Positions 45,975 through 55,667 of a stretch of DNA of 62,522 bases are shown here, piece by piece. Made by a program: the position numbers and the translations under genes. The stretch comes from Gemmatimonadota bacterium. Its GTDB lineage: Bacteria > 4572-55 > J002. Each line of letters opens with the position of its first letter. The stretch's first letter is position 1. The notes under the pieces were generated by a model. The model searched no databases and was not told the DNA's origin. It saw only the letters and a list, made by a program, of their open reading frames with translations. The stretch covers positions 1 to 62,522 of the forward strand of contig RFFQ01000191.1 in assembly GCA_003697105.1 (NCBI GenBank), written 5' to 3'.

Positions 45975-47881
45975 TTTTTCTCCTGACTCTCAAAATCGGC
46001 TTTAACTCCCCAGGTGCTTTTTATCCAAAATGGCGCGTTACGGGCCTCCCCGGTGTATTCGTCTTGCCCATGCAAATCGATTAACATGCCAATACTGCCA
46101 AATTCGCGCCGGGCATTGCCATAGCCATGACAGTTCTGCCAATGTTTCGCAACATAACTATCCGCGCCGGCTTCATCAACCAAAATTCCCAACCCGTTGG
46201 CGTTTCCGGCACCTTGCGAGAGTCCCTCACATGCGTATGTGTCATCGCCGGTCAAATCCAGCAAATAGCCGCAGCCGTAATCATGTCCGCATCCCTGTGA
46301 CACGCCATTGGAGATGTACTGATCGCGTCCGGCGTCATCTTTCAATATCCCCACGGCAATATGGATTCCGGCACCCTGAGCGTATTGGTAAGATTTGTAG
46401 GTATCATTTCCGGTTCGGTCCACAATGCCACCCAGCGCGAACCAATATGCCGACCCTTGACCGTAAATATCGGAGACATACACATCATTGCCTCCGGCTT
46501 CGGCGATCAGACCAATTCCACCGGAGTGATCGGGACGCCAGCCGATGGAAAATCCCTGAGAAAGGGTTAAACTGTGGTCTTTGTAGCGCAGACGATCCGT
46601 ATATTTCGCCTGCGTGTTGTAGAGGTCATTTCCGGCGCGTTCATCAATGCCACCAAAGCCCCAGACACCGGCAAATCCTTGTGCCTGAAAATTGGCTTGA
46701 TACATATCATTTCCGCTATCATCCCGGAGCAGACCCACGCCCAAGATTGCCGCCGCCTGCACCCCAGAGTCTCCCAAATAAGAGTCGCTACCGGATTTAT
46801 CCCAGAGGACTCCGGTACCGAGCAACCCGCATCCTAAGGCGGCATTGCCCACCTGATAGAGATCGTCGCCGGCGGCATCCACCAGCACCCCGGCGCCAAA
46901 ACTGCCCGCCCCCACCGAAAATCGTGTTTTGGCAAGATACCGGTCATCTCCGGCGAGATCAAGGCAGACACTGGTTGTCAAGAGTGAATCCGCCCCACCT
47001 GCCCGGCTGTTATAGATGTCATCACCCCCCAGATCGATGATGATGGCAAAATCACCGGTGTAGATTGTTTGTCCGCTACCACCGATCACCACGCGTCCCC
47101 ATTCGGTCTCAGTGCAATCGATCACATCTCCGTGAGCACCCGCACAGGCAACCGTATCCGAGAGGGAATCGATTTCTGCTTCCGAAAGCAGTTGATCCGC
47201 TTTTACGACCGCTTCCAGCAAGGTCACACCTGCGTCCGCAATCGCCTGACGATCCACGCGCTTCATCAAGTTCCAATAGCGTTTCCAAAATTGGGTGGCG
47301 GCTTTTTCTTCTGCGTCCAGTTCCCAAACCGTTTTATTCTCCCACGCCGCATCTTCTTCTTGCTCAAACAGTTGAACGGCATGGTGGCGGAGCATCATTT
47401 GTTCTTCAGGTGTTAAATCACCGTATATCCGGTTCAATGATCCTTGTGCGGCACGAATCCCTTGCCACAACACTTGTACTGCTTCCTGCACCGGCACGGG
47501 GATTTTCGGAAGTTGTGGGAATGGAGATACGGTGTGGGGTGCGGTTTGCGGCACCGGGGGGTAATCCAGTTGGTGATACATGAATTGTACTTGTTCCGCT
47601 AGGGTGATGCCACTATCCGCGAAGACGGTCGCCAGCGAATCCACATAAGCGGGGCTTTCCAATGGGTGTTCCAACAGATGGTTGACCATCGACAAGCGAA
47701 ATGTGTCCGGTTCGACTATATCCCGCCAAAAATGGGCGTCGTTGGGGGTCATTTTGATGAGTTTTAGGGCATAGGCAATGGCGTCGTCACGTGTTCTAAG
47801 GGTGTCGCTTTCTTGAGCGAGTAGAACCCACGGTACCCCGATCAGTACTAAAACCGTTATTAACATCAGATATTTACGCAT
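45971..47881 (-). CDS. Exported hypothetical protein with GxGxLxDxxGxDxY repeats
   Basis: Signal peptide; about 12 repeats such as IIDLGGDDIY, LVDAAGDDLY, LRDDSGNDMY, IVDRTGNDTY, LLDLTGDDTY. Confidence 0.75.
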   Translation of the reverse strand: MRKYLMLITVLVLIGVPWVLLAQESDTLRTRDDAIAYALKLIKMTPNDAHFWRDIVEPDTFRLSMVNHLLEHPLESPAYVDSLATVFADSGITLAEQVQFMYHQLDYPPVPQTAPHTVSPFPQLPKIPVPVQEAVQVLWQGIRAAQGSLNRIYGDLTPEEQMMLRHHAVQLFEQEEDAAWENKTVWELDAEEKAATQFWKRYWNLMKRVDRQAIADAGVTLLEAVVKADQLLSEAEIDSLSDTVACAGAHGDVIDCTETEWGRVVIGGSGQTIYTGDFAIIIDLGGDDIYNSRAGGADSLLTTSVCLDLAGDDRYLAKTRFSVGAGSFGAGVLVDAAGDDLYQVGNAALGCGLLGTGVLWDKSGSDSYLGDSGVQAAAILGVGLLRDDSGNDMYQANFQAQGFAGVWGFGGIDERAGNDLYNTQAKYTDRLRYKDHSLTLSQGFSIGWRPDHSGGIGLIAEAGGNDVYVSDIYGQGSAYWFALGGIVDRTGNDTYKSYQYAQGAGIHIAVGILKDDAGRDQYISNGVSQGCGHDYGCGYLLDLTGDDTYACEGLSQGAGNANGLGILVDEAGADSYVAKHWQNCHGYGNARREFGSIGMLIDLHGQDEYTGEARNAPFWIKSTWGVKADFESQEKK

Positions 47882-47934
47882 TTTTTATCCTGACAACATC
47901 ACTGGGTTGCTATCGTTTCGTGGATGGGGATGGT

Positions 47935-49503
47935 TTATTCCCGGTAGTGGCATCCCATGCTGGACTTATTCTCCCACGCGGAAATCGTGACAATCAAAGC
48001 GGAACGAACCGCATTCCGGAGCCCGATCAAGCTATCTGTCAGTTTAACTGCGCGGTAGAAGCGTTCGATTTCATATTCCAGATGGCGTAATTCACGTAAC
48101 GCGCGCTGTAAGCGGTAATTGGTACGCACCAAGCCGACGTAATTCCACATGACATGTTTAATTGAACTCATATCCTGTGCGATCAACGCGGGGTCTGGTT
48201 CAAATTCACCGGTATCATGCCAGGTGGGGATTTGATCCGCGGGGAATAAGGGGTGTTGGTCGAGGGAGTGCTGAATGTGGCGTGCCGCCCGTTCTGCCCA
48301 CACCAATCCTTCCAGTAGGGACGTACTTGCCAGCCGGTTGGCGCCGTGTACGCCGGTGCAGGCAATTTCCCCCACCGCGTAGAGATGGTTGATGGAGGTC
48401 AAACCCCACGTATCGACCCAAATACCCCCGCAAAAATAGTGCGCGGCGGGTACAACGGGGACTAAATCTGTGGTGATGTCCACGCCGTATTGGCGGCACT
48501 TTTCCTGAATCGAGGGGAAATGTGCGCGGATTCGATCTGGTTCGATGTAGGATCGCAAATCGAGATAGACGTTGGTCACATCACAGCGGAGTATTTCAGT
48601 ATGAATACTGCGGGCAACGACATCCCGGGGGGCTAAATCTTTCCATTCGGCATCATAATTTTGCATGAACGGTTCGCCATTTTCATGGACGAGCCGGGCG
48701 CCCTCGCCCCGCACCGCCTCCGAAATAAGAAAACAGGGAGCATTGCGGTGATAAAACGCCGTCGGATGGAATTGTACAAACTCACAATTCAGCACCCGCG
48801 CCCCTGCCCGGTATGCCATCGCTAACCCGTCCCCGCGTGAGCCTACCGGATTGGTGGTGCGCAGGAAAATCTGACCCAAGCCGCCGGTCGCTAAGATCGT
48901 GTTTTTTGCCACACAGCGGATCACCTTGCCTGTCATCTGGTTGAGTAAATACGCTCCCACACATGATCGTTCTTCATAGACATGCAAGCGATCCCGGGCA
49001 TGATGGGACGGGGTGAGTAAATCCACGGCGGTGTGTTGGGTAAGCAACGTGACTTTGGGGTGTCCCACCAGTTCCGCCATGATTGCCCGTTCAATGGCTT
49101 TACCGGTGGCATCGGCGGCATGAAGAATACGTGGCACGGAATGACTTCCCTCGCGCACCAAGGATAGCTCCCCTTGTGCGGTGCGGTCAAACGGAACTTG
49201 CAATTTATCAACAAGTAATTTTTTGACGAGCGGGGGTCCCTCTGTCGCCAGAATCTGTACCGCTGGGGGGTAGCAGTAGTGATCTCCGGCGCGTTGAATA
49301 TCTTCTGCCAGCAATTCCGGCGAATCTTCCCGTCCCTGATAAATGATCCCACCTTGAGCGTAATAGGTATTGGACTCTTTAGGTTTTTCGGTACGGGTTA
49401 CCACAACGACCGGTACTCCGGCATCCGCCAGTTGTAAGGCGGCAATTCCGCCGGCAATGCCACAGCCGATAATCAGGACATCGGTTTGAATAAGGTCAGT
49501 CAT
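47935..49503 (-). CDS. nadB: L-aspartate oxidase
   Basis: IIGCGIAG; NTYYAQGGI; EGSHSVPRILHAADATG; ATGGLG; FVQFHPT; LISEAVRGEGA; LAPRDVVAR; PAAHYFCGG; GVHGANRLASTSLLEG. Confidence 0.95.
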   Translation of the reverse strand: MTDLIQTDVLIIGCGIAGGIAALQLADAGVPVVVVTRTEKPKESNTYYAQGGIIYQGREDSPELLAEDIQRAGDHYCYPPAVQILATEGPPLVKKLLVDKLQVPFDRTAQGELSLVREGSHSVPRILHAADATGKAIERAIMAELVGHPKVTLLTQHTAVDLLTPSHHARDRLHVYEERSCVGAYLLNQMTGKVIRCVAKNTILATGGLGQIFLRTTNPVGSRGDGLAMAYRAGARVLNCEFVQFHPTAFYHRNAPCFLISEAVRGEGARLVHENGEPFMQNYDAEWKDLAPRDVVARSIHTEILRCDVTNVYLDLRSYIEPDRIRAHFPSIQEKCRQYGVDITTDLVPVVPAAHYFCGGIWVDTWGLTSINHLYAVGEIACTGVHGANRLASTSLLEGLVWAERAARHIQHSLDQHPLFPADQIPTWHDTGEFEPDPALIAQDMSSIKHVMWNYVGLVRTNYRLQRALRELRHLEYEIERFYRAVKLTDSLIGLRNAVRSALIVTISAWENKSSMGCHYRE

Positions 49504-49510
49504 GTCGGTT

Positions 49511-50536
49511 TTATCCAATCTCAATCATCCGCTGTACCGACCGCGCGGCTTTCACCCGAATCTCTTCGGGGACTTCGATTACATATTGTGTTTTTTGGAG
49601 TGCCGCCAGCGTATCTTCTAAGGTAATCTGATTCATGTGGGGGCAGCGGACGCTACACAAGCGAAGCATCTCTTTATCCGGGTTTGCTGCCATGATGTTA
49701 TCTCCCATGGAACATTCGGTCAGGAGCAGGTAGTGGGGGGCGTTGGTTTCCTGAACATAATTCATCATGGCGGTGGTACTGGCGGAGAAGTCTGAGGCTT
49801 CGACAACTTCCGGGCTACATTCGGGATGCGCCAAAATTAACACATCTGGGAATTGTTTCCGTACCTGTTCAATATCTTCTACCGTAAATTTTTCATGGAC
49901 TTCACATTTGCCGTGCCAACCGATCATTTGATAATCTTGAGGTTCGGTTTCACCCGTGCGGGAAGGGATGATGATCTTTTTGCCGGTTTCCCGGGCGACA
50001 TTTTTGGCGAGATATTCATCCGGCAGGAAAATGATCACGTCTGACTGGAGGGATTCCACCACCTTAACCGCGTTGCCGGATGTACAGCAAATATCACACT
50101 CCGCTTTGACATCGGCATAGGTGTTGACGTAGGTCACTACGGGCACACCGGGGAAACGTTCTTTAAGTTGGCGCACATCTTCCGCCGTGATGCTTTCTGC
50201 CAGAGAGCAACCCGCTTTTTCTGCCGGTAAAAGGACGGTTTTATCCGGGCTGAGGATTTTTGCCGTTTCTGCCATGAATTCCACGCCGCAAAAAACGATG
50301 ATGTCCTGATCGGTTTCGGCGGCTTTACGGCTCAGGGCGAGTGAATCTCCCACAAAATCCGGGATGGAATGAAACAATGCCGGCTCCATGTAGTTATGTC
50401 CCAAAATGATGGCGTTTCGCTCCTTTTTTAATTGATTGATTTCATAGGCAAGCTCGGCTTTATAGCGGATTTCGCCATCCGGCATGAGCTTATCCAGCTT
50501 GGGTCGCATCATTTGATACGTTTCTTCCAGTGTCAT
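49511..50536 (-). CDS. nadA: Quinolinate synthase
   Basis: ILGHNY; GDSL; FCGVEFMAET; AGCSLA; YVNT; CTSGNA; CEVH; AHPEC; CPHMNQITL. Confidence 0.96.
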   Translation of the reverse strand: MTLEETYQMMRPKLDKLMPDGEIRYKAELAYEINQLKKERNAIILGHNYMEPALFHSIPDFVGDSLALSRKAAETDQDIIVFCGVEFMAETAKILSPDKTVLLPAEKAGCSLAESITAEDVRQLKERFPGVPVVTYVNTYADVKAECDICCTSGNAVKVVESLQSDVIIFLPDEYLAKNVARETGKKIIIPSRTGETEPQDYQMIGWHGKCEVHEKFTVEDIEQVRKQFPDVLILAHPECSPEVVEASDFSASTTAMMNYVQETNAPHYLLLTECSMGDNIMAANPDKEMLRLCSVRCPHMNQITLEDTLAALQKTQYVIEVPEEIRVKAARSVQRMIEIG

Positions 50537-50550
50537 GGGTGTCTCCTTCC

Positions 50551-51204
50551 CTATATTGAGGATATGACATGGGATACCGCTTTTTCAAGCATGGGATTAA
50601 GTTCGGAAAGGTGGGTGATGCAAACATTTAAGTCTTGTAACAAGCCATTGTGAAGACCGTAAATCCACCCGTGTACTGTTAGGGATTGTCCCCGCTGCCA
50701 GGCATCCTGCACAATAGTGGTATGGCAGACGTTCATTACCTGCTCGATCACGTTCAGTTCGCACAACAGATCACATTGGCGGTGGGGGTCATCGAGCTTG
50801 CGGAACGCCGTTTGGTATTTTTTGTGGACATCCTGAAGGTGGCGCAACCAATTATCTACCAAACCGTGCCGTTCATTTTGGAGGGCGGCTTTTACCCCGC
50901 CGCACTGGTAGTGCCCGCATACAATGATATGGCGGACATGGAGCACATCCACCGCAAATTGAATAACCGAGAGACAGTTTAAATCCGTGTGGATGACCTG
51001 ATTGGCAACATTACGGTGGACGAATAACTCCCCTGGGAGCAATCCAACGATTTGGTTGGCAGGTACCCGGCTATCGGCACACCCAATCCAAAGATATTGG
51101 GGGGTTTGTTGTTCGGAAAGGTGCTTGAAAAATTGCGGCTCCTTTGCGGTGATGGCTTCTGCCCACTGTTGGTTATTTTCAAAGAGATGTTTTAAGATAC
51201 GCAT
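50551..51204 (-). CDS. can: Beta-class carbonic anhydrase
   Basis: LWIGCADSRVPAN; ELFVHRNVAN; VCGHYQCGG; ELNVIEQV; VHGWIY. Confidence 0.95.
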   Translation of the reverse strand: MRILKHLFENNQQWAEAITAKEPQFFKHLSEQQTPQYLWIGCADSRVPANQIVGLLPGELFVHRNVANQVIHTDLNCLSVIQFAVDVLHVRHIIVCGHYQCGGVKAALQNERHGLVDNWLRHLQDVHKKYQTAFRKLDDPHRQCDLLCELNVIEQVMNVCHTTIVQDAWQRGQSLTVHGWIYGLHNGLLQDLNVCITHLSELNPMLEKAVSHVISSI

Positions 51205-52046
51205 GGGTTCACGTCCAATAATAAACTAATATCCAGGGCGTTCACTGAGTGGGTCAATGCGCCCACCGAGATCAAATCCACACCGGTTTCGGCGATAGCT
51301 TGTACCGTATTGAGATGAACATTGCCGGAGGCTTCCAGTAATACGCGCCCGTTCACGATTTGCACGGCTTGGCGCATGGTATCCAGACTCATGTTGTCCA
51401 ACATAATCTGGTCCACGTGGAGCGATAGCGCTTCGTGCAGTTCTTCCAGATTTTTAACTTCGACTTCGATTTTAAATTTTTGGTGGTAATGTTCTCGAAC
51501 GCGATGGACGGCGGCGGTAATACCTCCCGCAGCGGTGATATGATTATCTTTAATCATCACCATATCAAATAACCCCATCCGGTGATTGTGCCCACCCCCC
51601 AACTGAACCGCCCATTTGTCGAGTAACCGTAACCCGGGGGCTGTCTTGCGGGTGTCAAGAATTTTTGCCGGTGTATGCCGAATGCGATCCACAAATTGGC
51701 GAGTCAAGGTCGCAATGCCGGACATGCGTTGCAAAAAATTGAGGGCGGTGCGTTCGCCGGTTAAAATGGCTCGCCCATTCCCTTCAACGGTTGCGATGAG
51801 GTCACCGGTTTGTACCGGGTCACCCTCCTGAACGTGGGGGGTCACTCTAATTTCGGGGTCTATTTGGGCGAATGTTAACTGTACCACCGTTAATCCGGCG
51901 ATGATTCCCGGTGCTTTGGCGATAAACTGCCCTTTTGCCCGCATATTGGCGGGTACGGTGCTATTGGTGGTGATGTCACCGGTCTGGATGTCTTCGTCCA
52001 GTGCGCGTTGGATAATCTGTTGGAGTTCCGGGATGTGATGTGTCAT
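51192..52046 (-). CDS. nadC: Quinolinate phosphoribosyltransferase (decarboxylating)
   Basis: ALDED...GDITT; ERTALNFLQRMSGIAT; DTRKTAPG; NHRMGL; IKDNH; EVEV; IMLDN; EASG; ISVGALTHS. Confidence 0.96.
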   Translation of the reverse strand: MTHHIPELQQIIQRALDEDIQTGDITTNSTVPANMRAKGQFIAKAPGIIAGLTVVQLTFAQIDPEIRVTPHVQEGDPVQTGDLIATVEGNGRAILTGERTALNFLQRMSGIATLTRQFVDRIRHTPAKILDTRKTAPGLRLLDKWAVQLGGGHNHRMGLFDMVMIKDNHITAAGGITAAVHRVREHYHQKFKIEVEVKNLEELHEALSLHVDQIMLDNMSLDTMRQAVQIVNGRVLLEASGNVHLNTVQAIAETGVDLISVGALTHSVNALDISLLLDVNPCVS

Positions 52047-52051
52047 TAGTT

Positions 52052-53389
52052 TTATGCCTTGAACAAGGCTTCTATATCATCGATTTCTTTGGGGATCATT
52101 TGCGATAAATTTTCATATCCGGTTTCTGTGATTAAAATGTCATCTTCAATACGGACACCGATACCTTCTTCTTCGAGGTATAATCCTGGTTCGACGGTTA
52201 GCACATTACCGGCGCTAAAAACCCATTCATCCCGGGGGAGGCTGACATCATGGACATCCAAACCCAGAGAGTGCCCGATGCCGTGTTTCCAGTATGTGCG
52301 GTATTGTTGGGCTTCGACCAGTTCGGGGTCTTCTTCCGGTGGGGTCTTTTTTTCTGGGGTTGGGGACCCGGTGTGTTTGTTTTCCGGGGGTTTCAAACCT
52401 AAATCTTTAGCTGCCGCGGTGATCAATTTTTGATAGGCTTCATCAAAGGTTTTGTATTTCAAGCCCGGTTTGATCATTTCAATGAGCTGTTTTTGGACAT
52501 CCAAAACGGCTTGGTAAACGGCTCGCTGGCGGTCGGTAAATCGGCCGGATACGGGGAAACAGCGGGTAATATCCGCGGCGTAATAGCCATATTCTGCCCC
52601 GCTATCGACTAAAACGAGGTCCTGCTCGCCAAATTGAGTCCGATTATGTTCGTAATGCAAAATGGTGGCATTTTTTCCGGCACCCACAATTGTGCCGAAG
52701 GCATTGCGTTCCGATCCGCGTTTGCGATAGTTGTATTCCAAGAGGGCTTGAAATTGATATTCATACATACCGGCTTCGACCGCTTGTATGGCTTCTTGCA
52801 TGCTGTCGCCGGTGATCTGAATCGCTTTGCGCATCCGTTCCAATTCGGGCGCTGATTTTTGCAAACGCAGTTGAGTTAAAATCGGTTTAGCGTTTTGGAA
52901 GGTTAGAAACGGGAAGCGTTCCCGGATTTGATTAATAAGGCTCAATTCCCGGTTGGGTGGCTCATTTAGGGCATGAGGTTTTGCATTGACCCATACTACA
53001 TTTGCCGCACCGGCAAACGCCGCGACCCGGCTGGGAAAACTGCTCACAAATTCCACCTGTTCAATGCCCGAAATTGCCTGAGCTTCTTCTTTATCGAGCG
53101 CTTTACCTTCCCATTCCACACGGCGCGGATCTTGCTGTTCGATGAACAACATCTCTTTGATGCGATCGCCATCGGGATATAAAATCAGGACACTGTGCGG
53201 GAACTCAATACCGGTCAGGTATAAAAAGGTACTTTCCTGACGGTACATGTGAGGTACATCCCCATTGCGAACCACCGTGGGGTTACTAAAAAAAACTGCC
53301 ATTCGCTTTCCGGCTACGTCTGGCAGTGCTTTGATAAATTGCTCCCGATTATGAATGAAAAATTCTTTGTCAGGTAAATTGGGTTTCAT
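52052..53389 (-). CDS. pepP: Xaa-Pro aminopeptidase (aminopeptidase P, M24B)
   Basis: YRQESTFLYLTG; TILHY; VDSGAEYGYYAADITR; HGIGHSLGLDVHD; TVEPGLY; GVRIEDDI. Confidence 0.9.
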   Translation of the reverse strand: MKPNLPDKEFFIHNREQFIKALPDVAGKRMAVFFSNPTVVRNGDVPHMYRQESTFLYLTGIEFPHSVLILYPDGDRIKEMLFIEQQDPRRVEWEGKALDKEEAQAISGIEQVEFVSSFPSRVAAFAGAANVVWVNAKPHALNEPPNRELSLINQIRERFPFLTFQNAKPILTQLRLQKSAPELERMRKAIQITGDSMQEAIQAVEAGMYEYQFQALLEYNYRKRGSERNAFGTIVGAGKNATILHYEHNRTQFGEQDLVLVDSGAEYGYYAADITRCFPVSGRFTDRQRAVYQAVLDVQKQLIEMIKPGLKYKTFDEAYQKLITAAAKDLGLKPPENKHTGSPTPEKKTPPEEDPELVEAQQYRTYWKHGIGHSLGLDVHDVSLPRDEWVFSAGNVLTVEPGLYLEEEGIGVRIEDDILITETGYENLSQMIPKEIDDIEALFKA

Positions 53390-53446
53390 ATTAGTATCTT
53401 CCTGATTTTGCTAATGTTATGGTTTCTGGCTGATTTTGGACTAGAG

Positions 53447-53475
53447 AACATATAGAATTCTAGAAGCTTTGTCAA
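53447..53475 (-). promoter_or_regulatory. sigma70-type promoter for the pepP-nad run
   Basis: TTGACA-17 nt-TATGTT. Confidence 0.6.
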
Positions 53476-53598
53476 CAAAAATGCCACTTTTTTAGACGAA
53501 TTTGTCCGTTGCGAACCCACTTGATTTTGATTACTTTTACCGGGGTGCATTCCGCACATGTCAACCTCTGTTCTTCCTTCATTTAATCAAGCACGACG

Positions 53599-53946
53599 AT
53601 GGCTTCCCCGTTTTATGCTCAGGTTTATGCGCTGGTTCGCCAAATTCCCCCGGGTAAAGTGATGACCTACGGTCAAATCGCTTGGCTGTTAGATAAGCCC
53701 CAAGGTGCGCGAGCCGTAGGTTGGGCACTTCACCAGTTGACCCCTGAAATGGATGTGCCTTGGCAACGTGTCATCAATGCCCAAGGGAAATGCAGCACCT
53801 TTTTGCAACTTAGTAGTGATTATACTCAGCAAGAACGGCTCGAACGCGAGGGCGTTTTGTTCGATGAAAAGGGGGTAACCGACTTGCAACAGTACCAATG
53901 GCATCCCCCCAATGCGCTGATTGATGCCATCTTAAATAATGTTTGA
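53599..53946 (+). CDS. Alkyltransferase-like (ATL/YbaZ, MGMT-family) protein
   Basis: FYAQVYALVRQIPPGKVMTYGQIA; ARAVGWAL; VPWQRV (Trp replaces the catalytic Cys of PCHRV). Confidence 0.88.
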   Translation: MASPFYAQVYALVRQIPPGKVMTYGQIAWLLDKPQGARAVGWALHQLTPEMDVPWQRVINAQGKCSTFLQLSSDYTQQERLEREGVLFDEKGVTDLQQYQWHPPNALIDAILNNV

Positions 53947-53971
53947 CTTTGAATTTCAAATATGCTATAAC
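53943..53971 (+). promoter_or_regulatory. sigma70-type promoter with a palindrome in the spacer
   Basis: TTGACT-17 nt-TATAAC with TG extension; spacer overlaps tttgaa-t-ttcaaa. Confidence 0.6.
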
Positions 53972-54029
53972 AGTCTCAGGATTCGATATATGTCGTTGGT
54001 TTTGTCTTTAACAACATGGAGGGGATCGT

Positions 54030-55664
54030 ATGGATTCTATATCTCGATTTGTTGTATATTGCGCCTTGATGTTCGTTGTGTTGAGTTTGATGGTTGTTCC
54101 TGCCCACGCTATTAATCTACTGGAAAACGCCGGTATCATTGATGGTTCGATGGCGCGGGGGTCTTTTTTAGCAGTTACGGACGGCGGTTACGCCATGTTT
54201 AACAATCCGGCGGTACTTGCCCGCGTCGGTGAAGATCGCACCGGTGGGGGTCGGGCAGGACTCGTACTGGGCGGGCTTAGTTTTTCTACGGACATTATGG
54301 AAGGATATGGTAGTGTGGCACAAGCCCGTGACCTTTTTGGTTGGGGTATTGGGTTGCACTATTATGCGGTGGGAAGCAAATTTGGAGATGATTTTAAGCC
54401 CAGTGACGTCCCCAGTGGGCACGACTTTTGGCTTCAGGATTATCAGCGAATTACCGTGACCGGCTCCTTTGGTAAAAAAGCCTTTATTTATACCGATGAT
54501 AAAGGCAATAAGTACAGCTTTTCGGCGGGGGTACAAACCAAATTGGGTTTTGTGACCTCTGAACGGGATACTTTTGATTTTTCGGGGAACTTTTTCGCGG
54601 CTGACTTGGGGATGATTGGAAGTATCACCTTGCAAGAAGCCCCGTATATTAAAGATTTTCGTGCTGGCTTGGTTTTAGAGAATTTCCCGTCCTTCCTGTT
54701 TGGGGATGATGTTGAGAGTGATGACCAACTGCCGTCTTATTTTCGGATTAATGCCTCCCTGATGTATAAAGATATGATTCAACCGTCTGTGGATTTGCGG
54801 ATTCACGCATTAAGTGCCGGTGTCGCTTACTGGTATCAAGATGATAGCAGTGCCCGTGTTGAATTTACACTTCCTTCCGATGGTGGCGCCGTTATCGGTG
54901 CCGGAATCAACAAACGCTTTGGCAACAGCCTGATCGATGCGGCTTTTAAGACTCAGGAAGATGTCGGCTTTGCTATCAATTTGGCGTTAAAAGCGTTTTG
55001 GGGCAAAACCGATGCCTGCCCGGGAGAACCGGAAGATTACGACGGTTATATGGATGACGATGGCTGCCCCGACCTCGATAATGATGGCGATGGGGTGTTA
55101 GACGAAAACGATGCATGCCCGAATGACTCTGAAGATTTTGACGATTTTCAGGATAAAGATGGGTGTCCCGATCTGGATAATGATAATGATGGTATTGCGG
55201 ATTACGATGATTCTTGCCCGAATGATGCCGAAGACCGGAACGGTTATGCCGATGATGATGGCTGCCCCGACGATAAAGATGGAGACGGGGTGTTCAATGA
55301 GAATGACCAGTGTGCGGATCAAGCCGAAACCCGGAATTTCTACAAAGATGATGACGGTTGTCCCGATGAATTTTTGGAAGATTACACCGCCATTCGCTTT
55401 GAACGAAATCAGGCGACCATTAGCAGTAACAGTTATAGCTTGATTTACGAAATTGGTAACTTCCTCGCGCAGAACCCCAGCATCCGGGTGGAAATCGGGG
55501 TGTTTGATAATAATCAGCGTTTAGCACGAGAGCGCGCCAACGAAATACGCGATTTCTTATTAAAGAATTACGACGAATTGAATCCCGATCACATCACCGC
55601 CCGGGCGTTATCACAACGTGAAGGGTTGCGGGATGTCTTCTTCCGGTTTCAAGGCAATAATTAA
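54030..55664 (+). CDS. Outer-membrane protein: PorV/FadL-like barrel + thrombospondin type-3 repeats + degenerate OmpA-like domain
   Basis: Signal peptide; MARGSFLAVTDGGYAMFNNPAVLA; DACPGEPEDYDGYMDDDGCPDLDNDGDG x4; IRFERNQATI...IRVEIG...RANEIRDFL. Confidence 0.75.
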   Translation: MDSISRFVVYCALMFVVLSLMVVPAHAINLLENAGIIDGSMARGSFLAVTDGGYAMFNNPAVLARVGEDRTGGGRAGLVLGGLSFSTDIMEGYGSVAQARDLFGWGIGLHYYAVGSKFGDDFKPSDVPSGHDFWLQDYQRITVTGSFGKKAFIYTDDKGNKYSFSAGVQTKLGFVTSERDTFDFSGNFFAADLGMIGSITLQEAPYIKDFRAGLVLENFPSFLFGDDVESDDQLPSYFRINASLMYKDMIQPSVDLRIHALSAGVAYWYQDDSSARVEFTLPSDGGAVIGAGINKRFGNSLIDAAFKTQEDVGFAINLALKAFWGKTDACPGEPEDYDGYMDDDGCPDLDNDGDGVLDENDACPNDSEDFDDFQDKDGCPDLDNDNDGIADYDDSCPNDAEDRNGYADDDGCPDDKDGDGVFNENDQCADQAETRNFYKDDDGCPDEFLEDYTAIRFERNQATISSNSYSLIYEIGNFLAQNPSIRVEIGVFDNNQRLARERANEIRDFLLKNYDELNPDHITARALSQREGLRDVFFRFQGNN

Positions 55665-55667
55665 TTG

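Noticed and set aside
46030-47040. 336-aa plus-strand Arg/His/Pro-rich ORF
   Set aside because: Antisense to a well-formed repeat gene; composition typical of a shadow frame
52310-52400. Pro/Lys/Glu-rich insert in PepP
   Set aside because: Short in-frame loop; all metal ligands are intact
53599-53946. Inactivated ogt pseudogene
   Set aside because: PWxRV is the normal ATL-family signature
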